NCBI GenBank assembly: GCA_965217895.1
Contig: CBDCJV010000002.1
Coordinates: 2,784,001 to 2,848,000 of the forward strand
Source of the DNA: Waterburya sp.
Lineage (GTDB): Bacteria > Cyanobacteriota > Cyanobacteriia > Cyanobacteriales > Xenococcaceae
Reading direction: 5' to 3'
DNA length: 64,000 nt
The notes below the pieces were generated by a model, which was given only the letters and a program-made list of their open reading frames with translations, had not been told where the DNA came from and did not search any database. The position numbers were made by a program, and so were the translations under genes. Shown here one piece after another: positions 10,428 through 20,101 of this stretch; position 1 is the stretch's first letter, and each line of letters opens with the position of its first letter.

Positions 10428-11442
10428 AACCCGCGTAGCAATTTTATTAGAAGAGGGAATTAAAGGCGATCATGGTAAAACTGGACTAGCTTTTCTGCGC
10501 TATAGCAATACACAAATAGTTGCGGTAATCGATCGCGTCTGTGCAGGACAATCTTTAGCTGAGTTAACAAAAATTGCTCGAGATATTCCTATCGTCGCCG
10601 ATGTTCAAGCAGCATTGGCTTACAAACCCGATGCTTTACTAATAGGCATTGCCCCTTCAGGTGGTCAACTACCTGGGGAGCTTCAGCAAGAGGTAGAAGT
10701 TGCTATCAAAGAAGGTATATCAATTGTTAACGGTTTGCATACTCTACTTGCACCTCAGTTTCCTGATCTAAAGCCAGGACAATGGATTTGGGATATTCGC
10801 CAAGAGCCTGATGGGTTGAATATTGGCAGAGGTGAAGCAAAATCCCTTGCTGCACAGAGAATCTTAACTGTCGGTACAGATATGGCGATTGGCAAGATGT
10901 CTACTAGCTTGGAAATATATCGCGCAGCTTTGAGGCAGGGAATTAAAGCCCAGTTTGTTGCTACAGGACAAGCAGGAATTGCGATCGCCAGTCAGGGAAT
11001 TGCTCTAGATGCGGTGCGGGTAGACTTTGCTGCGGGGGCAGTTGAAAAAACCGTACTAGAATTAGGCAAAGATCGAGATTTAGTAATTATTGAAGGTCAA
11101 GGTTCGCTTCTACATCCAGGCTCAACAGCAACTTTACCCCTAATTCGTGGTAGCCAGCCTACGGGCTTAATTTTAGTCCATCGTGCGGGAGCAAAACATA
11201 TCCGCGATTTACCTGATATTCTGATTCCTCCTTTACCAGAGGTAATTAAACTCTACGAAACTGTAGCCAGTGCAGGAGGGACGTTTGGGGATGTGAGAGT
11301 AAAAGCGATCGCTCTTAACACTTTTGACATGGATACGACTGCAGCCCAAGAAGCAATCAAATTTACTTCAAAATTAACAGGATTACCCTGTAGTGATGTT
11401 GTTCGTTTTGGCGGAGAAACTCTGTTGTCAGTAATCATTTAG
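10414..11442 (+). CDS. DUF1611 domain protein (DgcN-like)
   Basis: VGTDMAIGKM, ATGQAG, IEGQGSLLHP; overlaps the epimerase stop. Confidence 0.9.
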   Translation: MLTAKTRVAILLEEGIKGDHGKTGLAFLRYSNTQIVAVIDRVCAGQSLAELTKIARDIPIVADVQAALAYKPDALLIGIAPSGGQLPGELQQEVEVAIKEGISIVNGLHTLLAPQFPDLKPGQWIWDIRQEPDGLNIGRGEAKSLAAQRILTVGTDMAIGKMSTSLEIYRAALRQGIKAQFVATGQAGIAIASQGIALDAVRVDFAAGAVEKTVLELGKDRDLVIIEGQGSLLHPGSTATLPLIRGSQPTGLILVHRAGAKHIRDLPDILIPPLPEVIKLYETVASAGGTFGDVRVKAIALNTFDMDTTAAQEAIKFTSKLTGLPCSDVVRFGGETLLSVII

Positions 11443-11527
11443 GAGTGATTTGCAAATCGCCCCTGCATCAGTAATCAGTAATCAAATTGTTTTTTCTGAA
11501 CTGTTTGTGTTATTGTTACTAAAGCGA

Positions 11528-11601
<74 letters not shown>

Positions 11602-11647
11602 TTTCTCTATAGCTCAATCTACAAGCGTCTTTTTATGACGTAAAATC

Positions 11648-11860
11648 TTAATTTCCTAAGATTAATTTTCTGAGACGCTCAACTAAAGAAATTACTTCCT
11701 GAATAATCTGCTCAGAACTAATATTAAAAACAATTTGTAATAAAATAACAATAACGGCGATTGCCAAAAAAGTCGTAATACTGGCTTTAAAAACTTTAAT
11801 TGACCAGGTAAGCAACAGCCACAAAATTAAAACCGCAGCGATGGGAATGATTATTTCCAT
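11648..11860 (-). CDS. Small membrane protein
   Basis: 70 aa, two hydrophobic helices. Confidence 0.7.
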   Translation of the reverse strand: MEIIIPIAAVLILWLLLTWSIKVFKASITTFLAIAVIVILLQIVFNISSEQIIQEVISLVERLRKLILGN

Positions 11861-11874
11861 AATTCTTAGCTTGT

Positions 11875-11901
11875 GTACGGGCGAACGGCTGTTCGCCCCT
11901 A
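11875..11901. repeat. REP-like palindrome
   Basis: GGGCGAAC-GGCT-GTTCGCCC-CTA; near-identical copy at 55043-55070. Confidence 0.7.
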
Positions 11902-11905
11902 ATAC

Positions 11906-12109
11906 TTATATTCCAAAAAAAAGAGAGAGATAATTATTTCTCTCCCTTTCTCTTCCTGTGTCCTTATTTGCTGCATTGCCTTTAAGTTTTTGGCGTAGCA
12001 TCTGTTCTCTTTTACGCAGTTGCCTTGCTCTGGCAGAGCCACCCTTTCCTTTGTCATTGCGTCCTCGCTGGCGAGGAGACTCCCAGCTTTTTAGTCTTTC
12101 AGCCATCAT
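11906..12109 (-). CDS. Small basic hypothetical protein
   Basis: 67 aa, Arg/Lys-rich (GRNDKGKGGSARARQLRK). Confidence 0.6.
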   Translation of the reverse strand: MMAERLKSWESPRQRGRNDKGKGGSARARQLRKREQMLRQKLKGNAANKDTGRERERNNYLSLFFGI

Positions 12110-12137
12110 TGTTATATTTTGACCTATACATACATAT

Positions 12138-12962
12138 TTATTGTAGCTTGCCGATCGCTGAATTTAATTTTCCACTACGATAACCTTCTAAATCGAGAGT
12201 GACGTAAACAAATCCCAAATCTTGAAAAGCCTTAACTAGTTGAGGCAAATTAACCTGTTGAACAAACTGAGCAATTTCTGCTGCGGGTAATTCAATTTTG
12301 GCGGTGTCTGATTGCGATCGCACTCGCAAATTTTGATAGCCCAACTGGCGGAGATAAATTTCGGCTCTTCCCACCCGTTGCAGCTTAGTAACGGTAATAG
12401 CCTCGCCATAGGGAAAACGAGAGCTAAGACAGGGTTGAGCGGGTTTGTCCCACCAAGCTAACCCCAGACTACGAGAAATTTCTCTCACTTCGGGTTTGCT
12501 AACGCCAATTTCTGCCAAAGGCGATCGCGCTCCTCTTTCTGTTGCTGCTTGAATTCCTGGGCGATAGTCTTGCAAATCGTCGGCATTAACTCCATCCACA
12601 ACATAAGGATAGCCTCGCTTAAGAGCCAGAGGTTTTAAAGTGTCGTGAAGTTCACTTTTACAAAAATAACAGCGGTTAATGGGGTTAGAAGTATAGTCGG
12701 GATTATCCATTTCATGAGTTTCGACTAGCTCGTGTTTGATGCCAATCTGCGCTGCTTGAGTTTGAGCATCGATCAATTCTTCAGGAAGTAAAGAAGGAGA
12801 TACGGCAGTTACAGCCAAAGCGCGATCGCCTAAAACATCATAAGCAAGTTTAGCTACCAGAGTACTGTCAACTCCACCAGAATAGGCTATCAAAGCCTTT
12901 TCCATTCCCTGAAATAAACTTTTCAACTGTTTTAATTTCTGCTCACTCATTAACTCAACCAA
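12138..12962 (-). CDS. larE: LarE family ATP-dependent sulfur transferase (PP-loop)
   Basis: AYSGGVDS, NRCYFCK, DYRPG, PCLSSRFPYG, DLEGYRSG. Confidence 0.9.
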   Translation of the reverse strand: MVELMSEQKLKQLKSLFQGMEKALIAYSGGVDSTLVAKLAYDVLGDRALAVTAVSPSLLPEELIDAQTQAAQIGIKHELVETHEMDNPDYTSNPINRCYFCKSELHDTLKPLALKRGYPYVVDGVNADDLQDYRPGIQAATERGARSPLAEIGVSKPEVREISRSLGLAWWDKPAQPCLSSRFPYGEAITVTKLQRVGRAEIYLRQLGYQNLRVRSQSDTAKIELPAAEIAQFVQQVNLPQLVKAFQDLGFVYVTLDLEGYRSGKLNSAIGKLQ

Positions 12963-13051
12963 CTATCTATTGCTTACTACTTTTATGGTAGCTAATCTCG
13001 ATCGCAGAAGTTACATAAGCAAAAAAAATTTCTGTATTCATTGTTCATTGT

Positions 13052-13191
13052 TATAGCAATACGTATTAATGTTAGGGCATTTTAAACTTGTTACTTGTTA
13101 CTTGTTACTTGTTACTTGTTACTTGCTACTTGCTACTTGCTACTTTCGAGCAGATATCTTATGTGTCCTGATTTAACTTTGTACGGCTATA
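13052..13191. mobile_element. MITE-like element with internal heptamer tandem array
   Basis: Imperfect TIRs TATAGCAATAC...TAGGGCA / TGTCCTGA...GTACGGCTATA; 5x ACTTGTT + 3x ACTTGCT at 13086-13141. Confidence 0.65.
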
Positions 13192-14398
13192 ACTGATACT
13201 GAGGTATGCAAAGCGTAAAACAACTACCCTCATCCAAGCTAGAAGTTACTTTAATCTTCCCTTGGTGAAGCTGAGCTATTTTTTTTGAGAGTGTTAAGCC
13301 TAAGCCAGTGCTTTCATGGTGATTAGTAATTTGCGGAAAAGGTTGAAATAGTTTGGTCTGGTTTTGAGGCGAAATACCTATTCCCGTATCAATTACTGAA
13401 AAATACAGCCAGTCTGCTTTCAGCTTAACTTCTAGAGTTACCGAACCGCGATCGGTAAATTTGATGGCATTATTAAGCAAGTTGACCAAAATTTGCTTGA
13501 GACGAACAGAATCGGCGGTACAAAAGTCAATATTATCTTCTAAATTAAAAATTAAATCTAATCCTTTTTGTTTGGCTTTTTCTGTAACTATGAATAAAGA
13601 TGCCTGACAAATTTCTGCTACAACAAGCCTCTCTATGTCTAATATCTGCTTGTTGGCATCAATTTTAACTAGATCGAGATAATTGTTGACCAGATCTAGC
13701 ATATATCCGCCTACACTAAGTAAGGCACTAACATACTGCATCTGCTTACAGTTGAGAGTGCCATAATATTGTTCTTTGAGCATTCCCGCAAAACCCAATA
13801 TAGATGAAATAGGATTACGCAACTCATGATTTAGATGGGCAATATGCTCTTGCTTTAGCTGTTCTCGATCCAGCCAGCTTTGTCTCTCTATTTCTAGCTG
13901 CTGGATCTTCCTTTGCTGCTGTTTAATTAGATTTTGTTGTTGATTAACAATATTTTGTTGCTTGGCAAAATTAGATACAGTTTTTGCTAGGATATCAGGT
14001 AATTGATACAGCTTTTGTTTTAGTACATAACCACTAACACCAGCCTGAATTAATTCTACTGCTCGTTCCTCACCTAAATAATTAGTGATCAAAATCAAAG
14101 GTGCATCTGGATATAAATGACACCACCACTGAAGATTCTCGACTAAAGTATCAGCAACATCCTCATTTGTAGCCTGGGCATAATTATAGATAACGGCACT
14201 ATATTGCCCACGAGGTAGATTAGTATCCCATTCATTTATAGTGATAATATCATAGGTAAAATCAATTTCGGCTGCATATAGAGAAGCTGTAATATCGTGA
14301 AAATCAGCAGGGTTAGCAGTAGCAATAAGAAGATTCACGTTGCTGAGTGCCGTTATTTTTGTTTGTAGCTGTAAAATAGACCCAGAACTATCGGACAT
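13187..14398 (-). CDS. Sensor histidine kinase with N-terminal pseudo-receiver domain
   Basis: HELRNP H-box, NLLNNAIKFT, DTGIGI, GLGL; receiver-like N-terminus. Confidence 0.9.
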   Translation of the reverse strand: MSDSSGSILQLQTKITALSNVNLLIATANPADFHDITASLYAAEIDFTYDIITINEWDTNLPRGQYSAVIYNYAQATNEDVADTLVENLQWWCHLYPDAPLILITNYLGEERAVELIQAGVSGYVLKQKLYQLPDILAKTVSNFAKQQNIVNQQQNLIKQQQRKIQQLEIERQSWLDREQLKQEHIAHLNHELRNPISSILGFAGMLKEQYYGTLNCKQMQYVSALLSVGGYMLDLVNNYLDLVKIDANKQILDIERLVVAEICQASLFIVTEKAKQKGLDLIFNLEDNIDFCTADSVRLKQILVNLLNNAIKFTDRGSVTLEVKLKADWLYFSVIDTGIGISPQNQTKLFQPFPQITNHHESTGLGLTLSKKIAQLHQGKIKVTSSLDEGSCFTLCIPQYQL

Positions 14399-14696
14399 AT
14401 TAATTAATGCTTGGTAAGGTCTTAATGTATGTTAGGCGGTTTTGCTCTTATAATACCGACAAACTTCTAATCTCGATCATAATTTTAGATAAACTTTTGC
14501 TCAGTATTTCTCGATAGAATTCTAGGTATTATTGTTGCATCAAATTGTATAGTAGCTAAAACCTTTCTTATCTTTCAGCCGCAGAAGCAAAAGCGGTTGT
14601 GTTAGTTACTCAATTCAAGAGTGGCGATAAATTTGCATAATTAAAGCATCAAGGATAATTTGCCCAGGAACAAAAATTGGATTAAAACGAAAATCA

Positions 14697-15470
14697 TTAA
14701 AATTCTTTTTGAGCAAAAATCATCATCGAAATAGTCAATAGTAAGGTGGTATAAAGCAAACCATATAAAGCATTACTTAAAAGCTCGGTAGGACTGGGGA
14801 GTAAACCATAAACTGCTTCATTTTTTAAATCTAGCCGCGAAAGATTAGGTAACACTAGATACAGACTGGTAGTTAAACTTTCGATACTGGCATTTTTGCT
14901 AAGTTTACCTAGCTCTACTAAGTCTTCGCTAAAGTGTCCCATTAAATAGACACCAAAGCTGAGCAGGGTAGCCAAAATTGAACTAGTAAATACGCCAAAC
15001 AGGATGGCTACAGCTACAATTAAAGCTAATTCTAAAAGCAGATAAGCCCCTGCCGTAAGCAATGCACCTGTAGGGTAGTTAATATCTGAAAAACTGAGCA
15101 TGGCTAAATAAATACCCATCATAATTGTAATCATCACAGCGAGTACCGCGCTCAGCCCTAAATGCTTACCTAATATAAGTTCTGCACGACTAATTGGCTT
15201 AGGAATTAACATTAACAAAGTACGCTTTTCTATTTCTTTGTTGATTAAAGCCGTACCGACAAAAATTGCCACAATCGCGCTTAAAATGGCGATCGCACCA
15301 ATACCAAAGTCTAAAAGAATTTTCTCATGAGTCCCCGCAGCAATCTCTGGAATTATTCGTTGAGCCAGGAGTAAGAGTAAAGTAAAGAAACCAATAAAAT
15401 AGAGAATGCGATCGCGCATGACTTCTTGAAAACCATTGTTGGCGATAGTAAAAACTCTGACTACGTTCAT
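14697..15470 (-). CDS. ABC-2 type transporter permease
   Basis: EIEKRTL..LIPKPISR..ILGK motif; multiple TMs. Confidence 0.85.
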   Translation of the reverse strand: MNVVRVFTIANNGFQEVMRDRILYFIGFFTLLLLLAQRIIPEIAAGTHEKILLDFGIGAIAILSAIVAIFVGTALINKEIEKRTLLMLIPKPISRAELILGKHLGLSAVLAVMITIMMGIYLAMLSFSDINYPTGALLTAGAYLLLELALIVAVAILFGVFTSSILATLLSFGVYLMGHFSEDLVELGKLSKNASIESLTTSLYLVLPNLSRLDLKNEAVYGLLPSPTELLSNALYGLLYTTLLLTISMMIFAQKEF

Positions 15471-15755
15471 CGACTTTAAAAAGATATTTCAGGGTTTACA
15501 CTGCTATTATTCCCAAATCGATCTCGAAAATTAACGTCACTTATTAAATTTGTCAGTGATCTCTTTGACTGAAAGAGAAATCAAGACGGAGAATACTTAA
15601 AAATTTAGACAAAAGCCAAACTTGTAAGAGTTTTTATTTAAGCCTCAAGATAGATTTAATCTAGCTGATACTCAATCAAATTAAGGAGTATGAAAGATGA
15701 ATATTTAACGCTTCACCTTTTTGAGTTACTTGTTAACGACCAATGAGCAATAAAA

Positions 15756-17042
15756 ATGCGACAGTTACTAATTGAGGTAAAGCTTGGAAAAGGAAAGAAA
15801 ATTATAGAATTAGCCGAACAAAAGTTTCAGGGAGCTAACTTAAGTCAAACAGCAGCAAAGACCTCCAGAGGAGAGATCGATTTAGTAATAGCCTATATTC
15901 CCAACTCTCAGGTAGAGGAATTTCTTGGAGAATTAGAAGACTTTGAAGACCTTCACGTTACTTTAATTCCCCGTGGGGTAATGCCTCTCCAGCCTCCTGT
16001 GGATGAAGTTCCTGATAAAGTAATTGATGTTGAACCCAAAAGTCCCTTAGAAGTATTTCTAGCTGGTTTACAAAGTGTAGGCTCTTGGAAAGGTTTTATC
16101 GCTTATGCCATAGCTGGCGGAATTATTGTCTGGATTGGTTTGTATACCAACAGTAGCTTTCTTTTGGTGGCAGCAATGTTAATTGCTCCTTTTGCTGGTC
16201 CAGCGATGAACTTTGCGATCGCGACTGCTAGAGGAGACGGTTTATTACTCAAAAAAAGTTTAGTTCGCTATGTAAGTGCAATCTTGGTAACTGCTACGGT
16301 GACTTGTTTGCTGAGCTTAATTTTGAGTCAAGATCTAGCTTCTAATTCAATGGTAGAAAGTAGCAAGGTTTCTGCTGTGTCGGTTTTGCTACCTTTAGTT
16401 GGTGGTGCTGCGGGAGCTTTAAATTTAGTGCAGTCAGAACGGAGTAGTTTAGTTTCGGGGACGGCGGTAGGAATGCTGGTTGCTGCTGCTTTAGCACCGC
16501 CTGCGGGAACTCTAGGAATGGCAGTTGCTTTGGGGATGTGGAGTATGACCCTTAACTGTGGATTTCTTTTGATTTTGCAGTTAATAGGGATTAACCTAGC
16601 AGCGGCGATTGTTTTTCGTATCTATGGATTGTCCTCTCAAGGAGCGCGTTACAAACGAGGAAGCAAGTGGATTTTTCCCGTCACCTTAGCTATTACATCT
16701 ACGGTATTAGCCATTTTGTTGAGCGTGCAGTTTTCTCTTGACCCAAATTTGCAGCGTTCTAGTTTGGAACAGCGTGCTAATGCTGAGGTGCAGAAAGTTA
16801 TTAACAATAGCGACTTAGGTAAGTTAGTTAAATCTAACGTTAGTTTTACTAGAGCCGATATTAAAGATCAAAATACTTTGTTGTGTTTAATTTATGTCCA
16901 ACGTCCACGAAATATTAGCTTATCCGATCGACAAATAAGCGATCGCCTAACAGAAAAAGTTCAAAATAGTCTTATACAAAAGGATTTTAAGGCGACACCT
17001 TTAGTCAACATCAGCGTATTAAAACCGCCGAGGTCTAATTAA
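15756..17042 (+). CDS. DUF389 domain membrane protein
   Basis: AAMLIAPF, GTAVGMLVAAALAPP. Confidence 0.8.
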   Translation: MRQLLIEVKLGKGKKIIELAEQKFQGANLSQTAAKTSRGEIDLVIAYIPNSQVEEFLGELEDFEDLHVTLIPRGVMPLQPPVDEVPDKVIDVEPKSPLEVFLAGLQSVGSWKGFIAYAIAGGIIVWIGLYTNSSFLLVAAMLIAPFAGPAMNFAIATARGDGLLLKKSLVRYVSAILVTATVTCLLSLILSQDLASNSMVESSKVSAVSVLLPLVGGAAGALNLVQSERSSLVSGTAVGMLVAAALAPPAGTLGMAVALGMWSMTLNCGFLLILQLIGINLAAAIVFRIYGLSSQGARYKRGSKWIFPVTLAITSTVLAILLSVQFSLDPNLQRSSLEQRANAEVQKVINNSDLGKLVKSNVSFTRADIKDQNTLLCLIYVQRPRNISLSDRQISDRLTEKVQNSLIQKDFKATPLVNISVLKPPRSN

Positions 17043-17207
17043 CGTCAATTCGGGTTAAGAACATTTATCTGTTGAGATAGCTATAGGCTATAAGCTTTAA
17101 GCCTTTGAAATATTTTTTCAACTAGCAAATTCTTAAATTCAAGCGCCAAAAGGCTTTCGTAGATTTCTTTATTTACAAGGGATTCAGCTTATCTCCAATT
17201 CACGTTA
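17040..17207. mobile_element. MITE-like element
   Basis: TIRs TAACGTCAATTCGGGTTAAG / CTTATCTCCAATTCACGTTA (16/20 identity). Confidence 0.7.
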
Positions 17208-17647
17208 ATTAAGAATTTGATTGTTTTGGTTTTAGAAAATTTCTACACCTACAATATTACAACCGATGATAGATATTTAAATTCGTTTTGTAATTCAAGA
17301 GATAGATTGATGTATCCCTAAAACAAGAGAATATATTTCTTATACCCGGCTTTATTTTCTAATCTAAAACCATAGCATAGGTATTTTGATTGAAAATGAT
17401 AAAAAAATGACAAAATATCAATTAATGATTAACCGAGGCTCAGTATTGTTATTAGCCTTAACTACGATTTTGATGGCGACAAAATATCAGAATACTCAAG
17501 AGAAGGATAATAACGCAACCAAAGAAATTGAGTTTTATCAAAAATGATTTTAAAAAACGTCTCGATACTACTGATATCTAATCTCAAAATAAACAGCCAG
17601 AAACTTATAAATACAAAAAAAGACAATCTATCTATACAAGTAAATTC

Positions 17648-18220
17648 ATGTACGAGCCATTAGAATCAAATAAAACTAATAATTTGCCCGATAAAAGCAA
17701 TTTCAGCCGTACTTTTCGCATTTTAAGCCGTATTAGCTACTGGATTCATTTGATTTTAGGGGTTATATCAGGAGTTACTTTACTACTGATTATTTTGAGC
17801 CGTAGCGCAACTAATAGTGGTACGGGAATTGGCATCTTTATCGCCGTGTTTAGCTTATTGGCTTTGGGTTTTAGAGTTTATTGGGCTTGGCGTTATCGTC
17901 AATTAGCTAAAAAATTGCAGCGAGTTAATCCTGATGTGCAACCTAGTAGAACAGAAATTATTGAAACGTTACGCATTGGACTTATAGCTAGTCTTATCGG
18001 ACTGTTATTGGCATTTGTAGCTTCAGAGATTAGCTTAGTGTCTTTGGTGGCAGGTGCGATCGCTCGTCCTCAAGGAGTTGCTGTTTACGAACGAGAACAG
18101 GTAATAAAGATTGCCGATCTACTTTTGGTTTTAGCGCAGTTAAATATTTTGGGCGCTCACTTTTTTGGTGCTGCTAATTCTTTAGGATTGCTTAGTTGGA
18201 TCTCAAAAGAAGAAGTCTAG
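17648..18220 (+). CDS. DUF3611 family membrane protein
   Basis: ISYWIHLILG, ARPQG, AHFFG. Confidence 0.75.
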   Translation: MYEPLESNKTNNLPDKSNFSRTFRILSRISYWIHLILGVISGVTLLLIILSRSATNSGTGIGIFIAVFSLLALGFRVYWAWRYRQLAKKLQRVNPDVQPSRTEIIETLRIGLIASLIGLLLAFVASEISLVSLVAGAIARPQGVAVYEREQVIKIADLLLVLAQLNILGAHFFGAANSLGLLSWISKEEV

Positions 18221-18241
18221 TTATATAAATTAATTTTAGTA

Positions 18242-19213
18242 TTGTTGGTTATGATTAAAAATCAAGAGTCTTCCCCAGCGGAATCGAGTTCTGCATCTAC
18301 AAAAACAAACTCAAACAGCAGCATCAAGAAAAAACTGCTTTGGGGTATTGCTGCTATTCCTTTGCTATTGATATTTTTAGTTGCTTGGGGTTTGATTGAG
18401 CCTTATATTTTAGATGATGAAGAAGAAAACGCAATCATTCCCAATCTTCCTACAGCTTGGTCAGGACAGAAAATTGGGCAGTTATCTGATTTTCAAGTAG
18501 GAATGTGGTGGGACAATGTTGATACTGTCGCTCAAAGCGTCAACAAACTAATTGAAGAACAACCCGCAGCAGTTTTTATTACAGGAGACTTTATTTATCA
18601 TGCCAACCCAGATCCAAATCCAGAAATCGATGAAGTAGCTGATCTGCTGAGTCCTTTAACTGAGGCTAACATTCCTACTTATGCCGTATTGGGTAATCAT
18701 GATTATGGAATTAACAACAGAGGCGCAAAGCCAGATACAAAATTAGCTGCACAATTAGAACAAGCATTGGAAAATATTGGAATTAAAGTATTAAACAATA
18801 AAGCAGTAAAAATGCCTCTGCAAAATAATGAATCTGATTTATACGTAGTCGGCATTGATTCCCATTGGGCAAATAAAGACCAAATCGAGCAAGCTTTGGC
18901 TCAATTACCTGATAATAGCCCAAGAGTAGTCTTAATGCACAATCCCGACTCTTTTAAGGCTTTTCCTGCTAATTCTGCTCCTTTTGCTATGGCAGGACAT
19001 ACCCATGGTGGACAAATTCGTCTCCCTTACTCACCCCAATGGTCATGGTTAGCTTTTGCAAAAGATAATCGAATTGTTGCAGATGGATGGGCAAAAGGTT
19101 ATGGAAATGCAGGAAATAAACTGTATATCAATCGCGGTATTGGTTTTAGTGATGTACCAATTAGAATTAATTGCGCTCCTGAAGTCACCTTTTTTACCCT
19201 AAAGTCAGATTAG
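18242..19213 (+). CDS. Metallophosphoesterase
   Basis: SDFQ, TGDF, GNHD, HNPD, AGHTHGGQ. Confidence 0.9.
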   Translation: MLVMIKNQESSPAESSSASTKTNSNSSIKKKLLWGIAAIPLLLIFLVAWGLIEPYILDDEEENAIIPNLPTAWSGQKIGQLSDFQVGMWWDNVDTVAQSVNKLIEEQPAAVFITGDFIYHANPDPNPEIDEVADLLSPLTEANIPTYAVLGNHDYGINNRGAKPDTKLAAQLEQALENIGIKVLNNKAVKMPLQNNESDLYVVGIDSHWANKDQIEQALAQLPDNSPRVVLMHNPDSFKAFPANSAPFAMAGHTHGGQIRLPYSPQWSWLAFAKDNRIVADGWAKGYGNAGNKLYINRGIGFSDVPIRINCAPEVTFFTLKSD

Positions 19214-19354
19214 TCATGAGTTTAACTTCAGGAAATTTCGATTGTTATTTATTTTCGTCTAAACTATTAGCAGAAGAACTCGATCATCAAATATGGCTTT
19301 TTTGATACCTTATAGCTTGATAAGTTAAATAAAATTTTTAGTAAAATTACTTTT

Positions 19355-19627
19355 ATGAGTTTACCAGAGGCAGACACCCCTTTATACAATCACACCTTAC
19401 CAAGTATCGAAGACTGGTTACGAAGTCAAGGGTGTAATCAAGATCGAGAAAATCTTCATTGCTGGTATCTTGACAAATTTGGTTGGAAAGCAGAAATTTG
19501 CTTAGATGTGGAAGAATTGACTGTACGCTATTACGATGCACAAGAGGCAAGTCAAAACCTTAGTCGTTCATTTAAATACTCTCTGAGTCGCCAAGATATT
19601 GAAGAGGCGGTTTTCTCAGGGCCATGA
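19355..19627 (+). CDS. DUF3143 domain protein
   Basis: TPLYNHTLPSIEDWL, RSFKYSLSRQDIEEAVFSGP. Confidence 0.85.
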   Translation: MSLPEADTPLYNHTLPSIEDWLRSQGCNQDRENLHCWYLDKFGWKAEICLDVEELTVRYYDAQEASQNLSRSFKYSLSRQDIEEAVFSGP

Positions 19628-19751
19628 TTTTGATAGACAAAAATCTAATTTGTTAACGCTACTCACCACATTTGATTAATATTTCTCGAACATCGAAATA
19701 TTAGCAGGGATGCCAAAGATTCACACTAATGTTTTTAATTTGTCTTGCTGT

Positions 19752-19865
19752 TTATTCTGTAGCTTCATCTTTTAACACAGGAATATCGGCGGTGAACTCT
19801 GGAAAGACTTCAAAAGGATCGCGAGTATCGTATCCCAAGGCTTCCATAAAAGGCATAATAAAAAA
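19752..19865 (-). pseudogene. Remnant of a type I restriction enzyme HsdR_N-like gene
   Basis: Reads FIMPFMEALGYDTRDPFEVFPEFTADI, bounded by stops. Confidence 0.6.
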
Positions 19866-20101
19866 TTAAAGAATACACATATCTTAATAATGTTCTCAAA
19901 ACAATACCTGTCATACAGAACATTGAAATTCTGCGCTTAAAAAAAATTTTACGGCGAATAACATAGACAGGTGCAAATGCTGGTTGAAATCGCGATCGGT
20001 CTACAGCATAGACTCGCTATGCAATTTTGCAACTATCGAAAGTTTCCTTAACAATATTTCAAACAATAAATCTAATTTCTAGTTCCTAAGACTTAAAAAT
20101 T

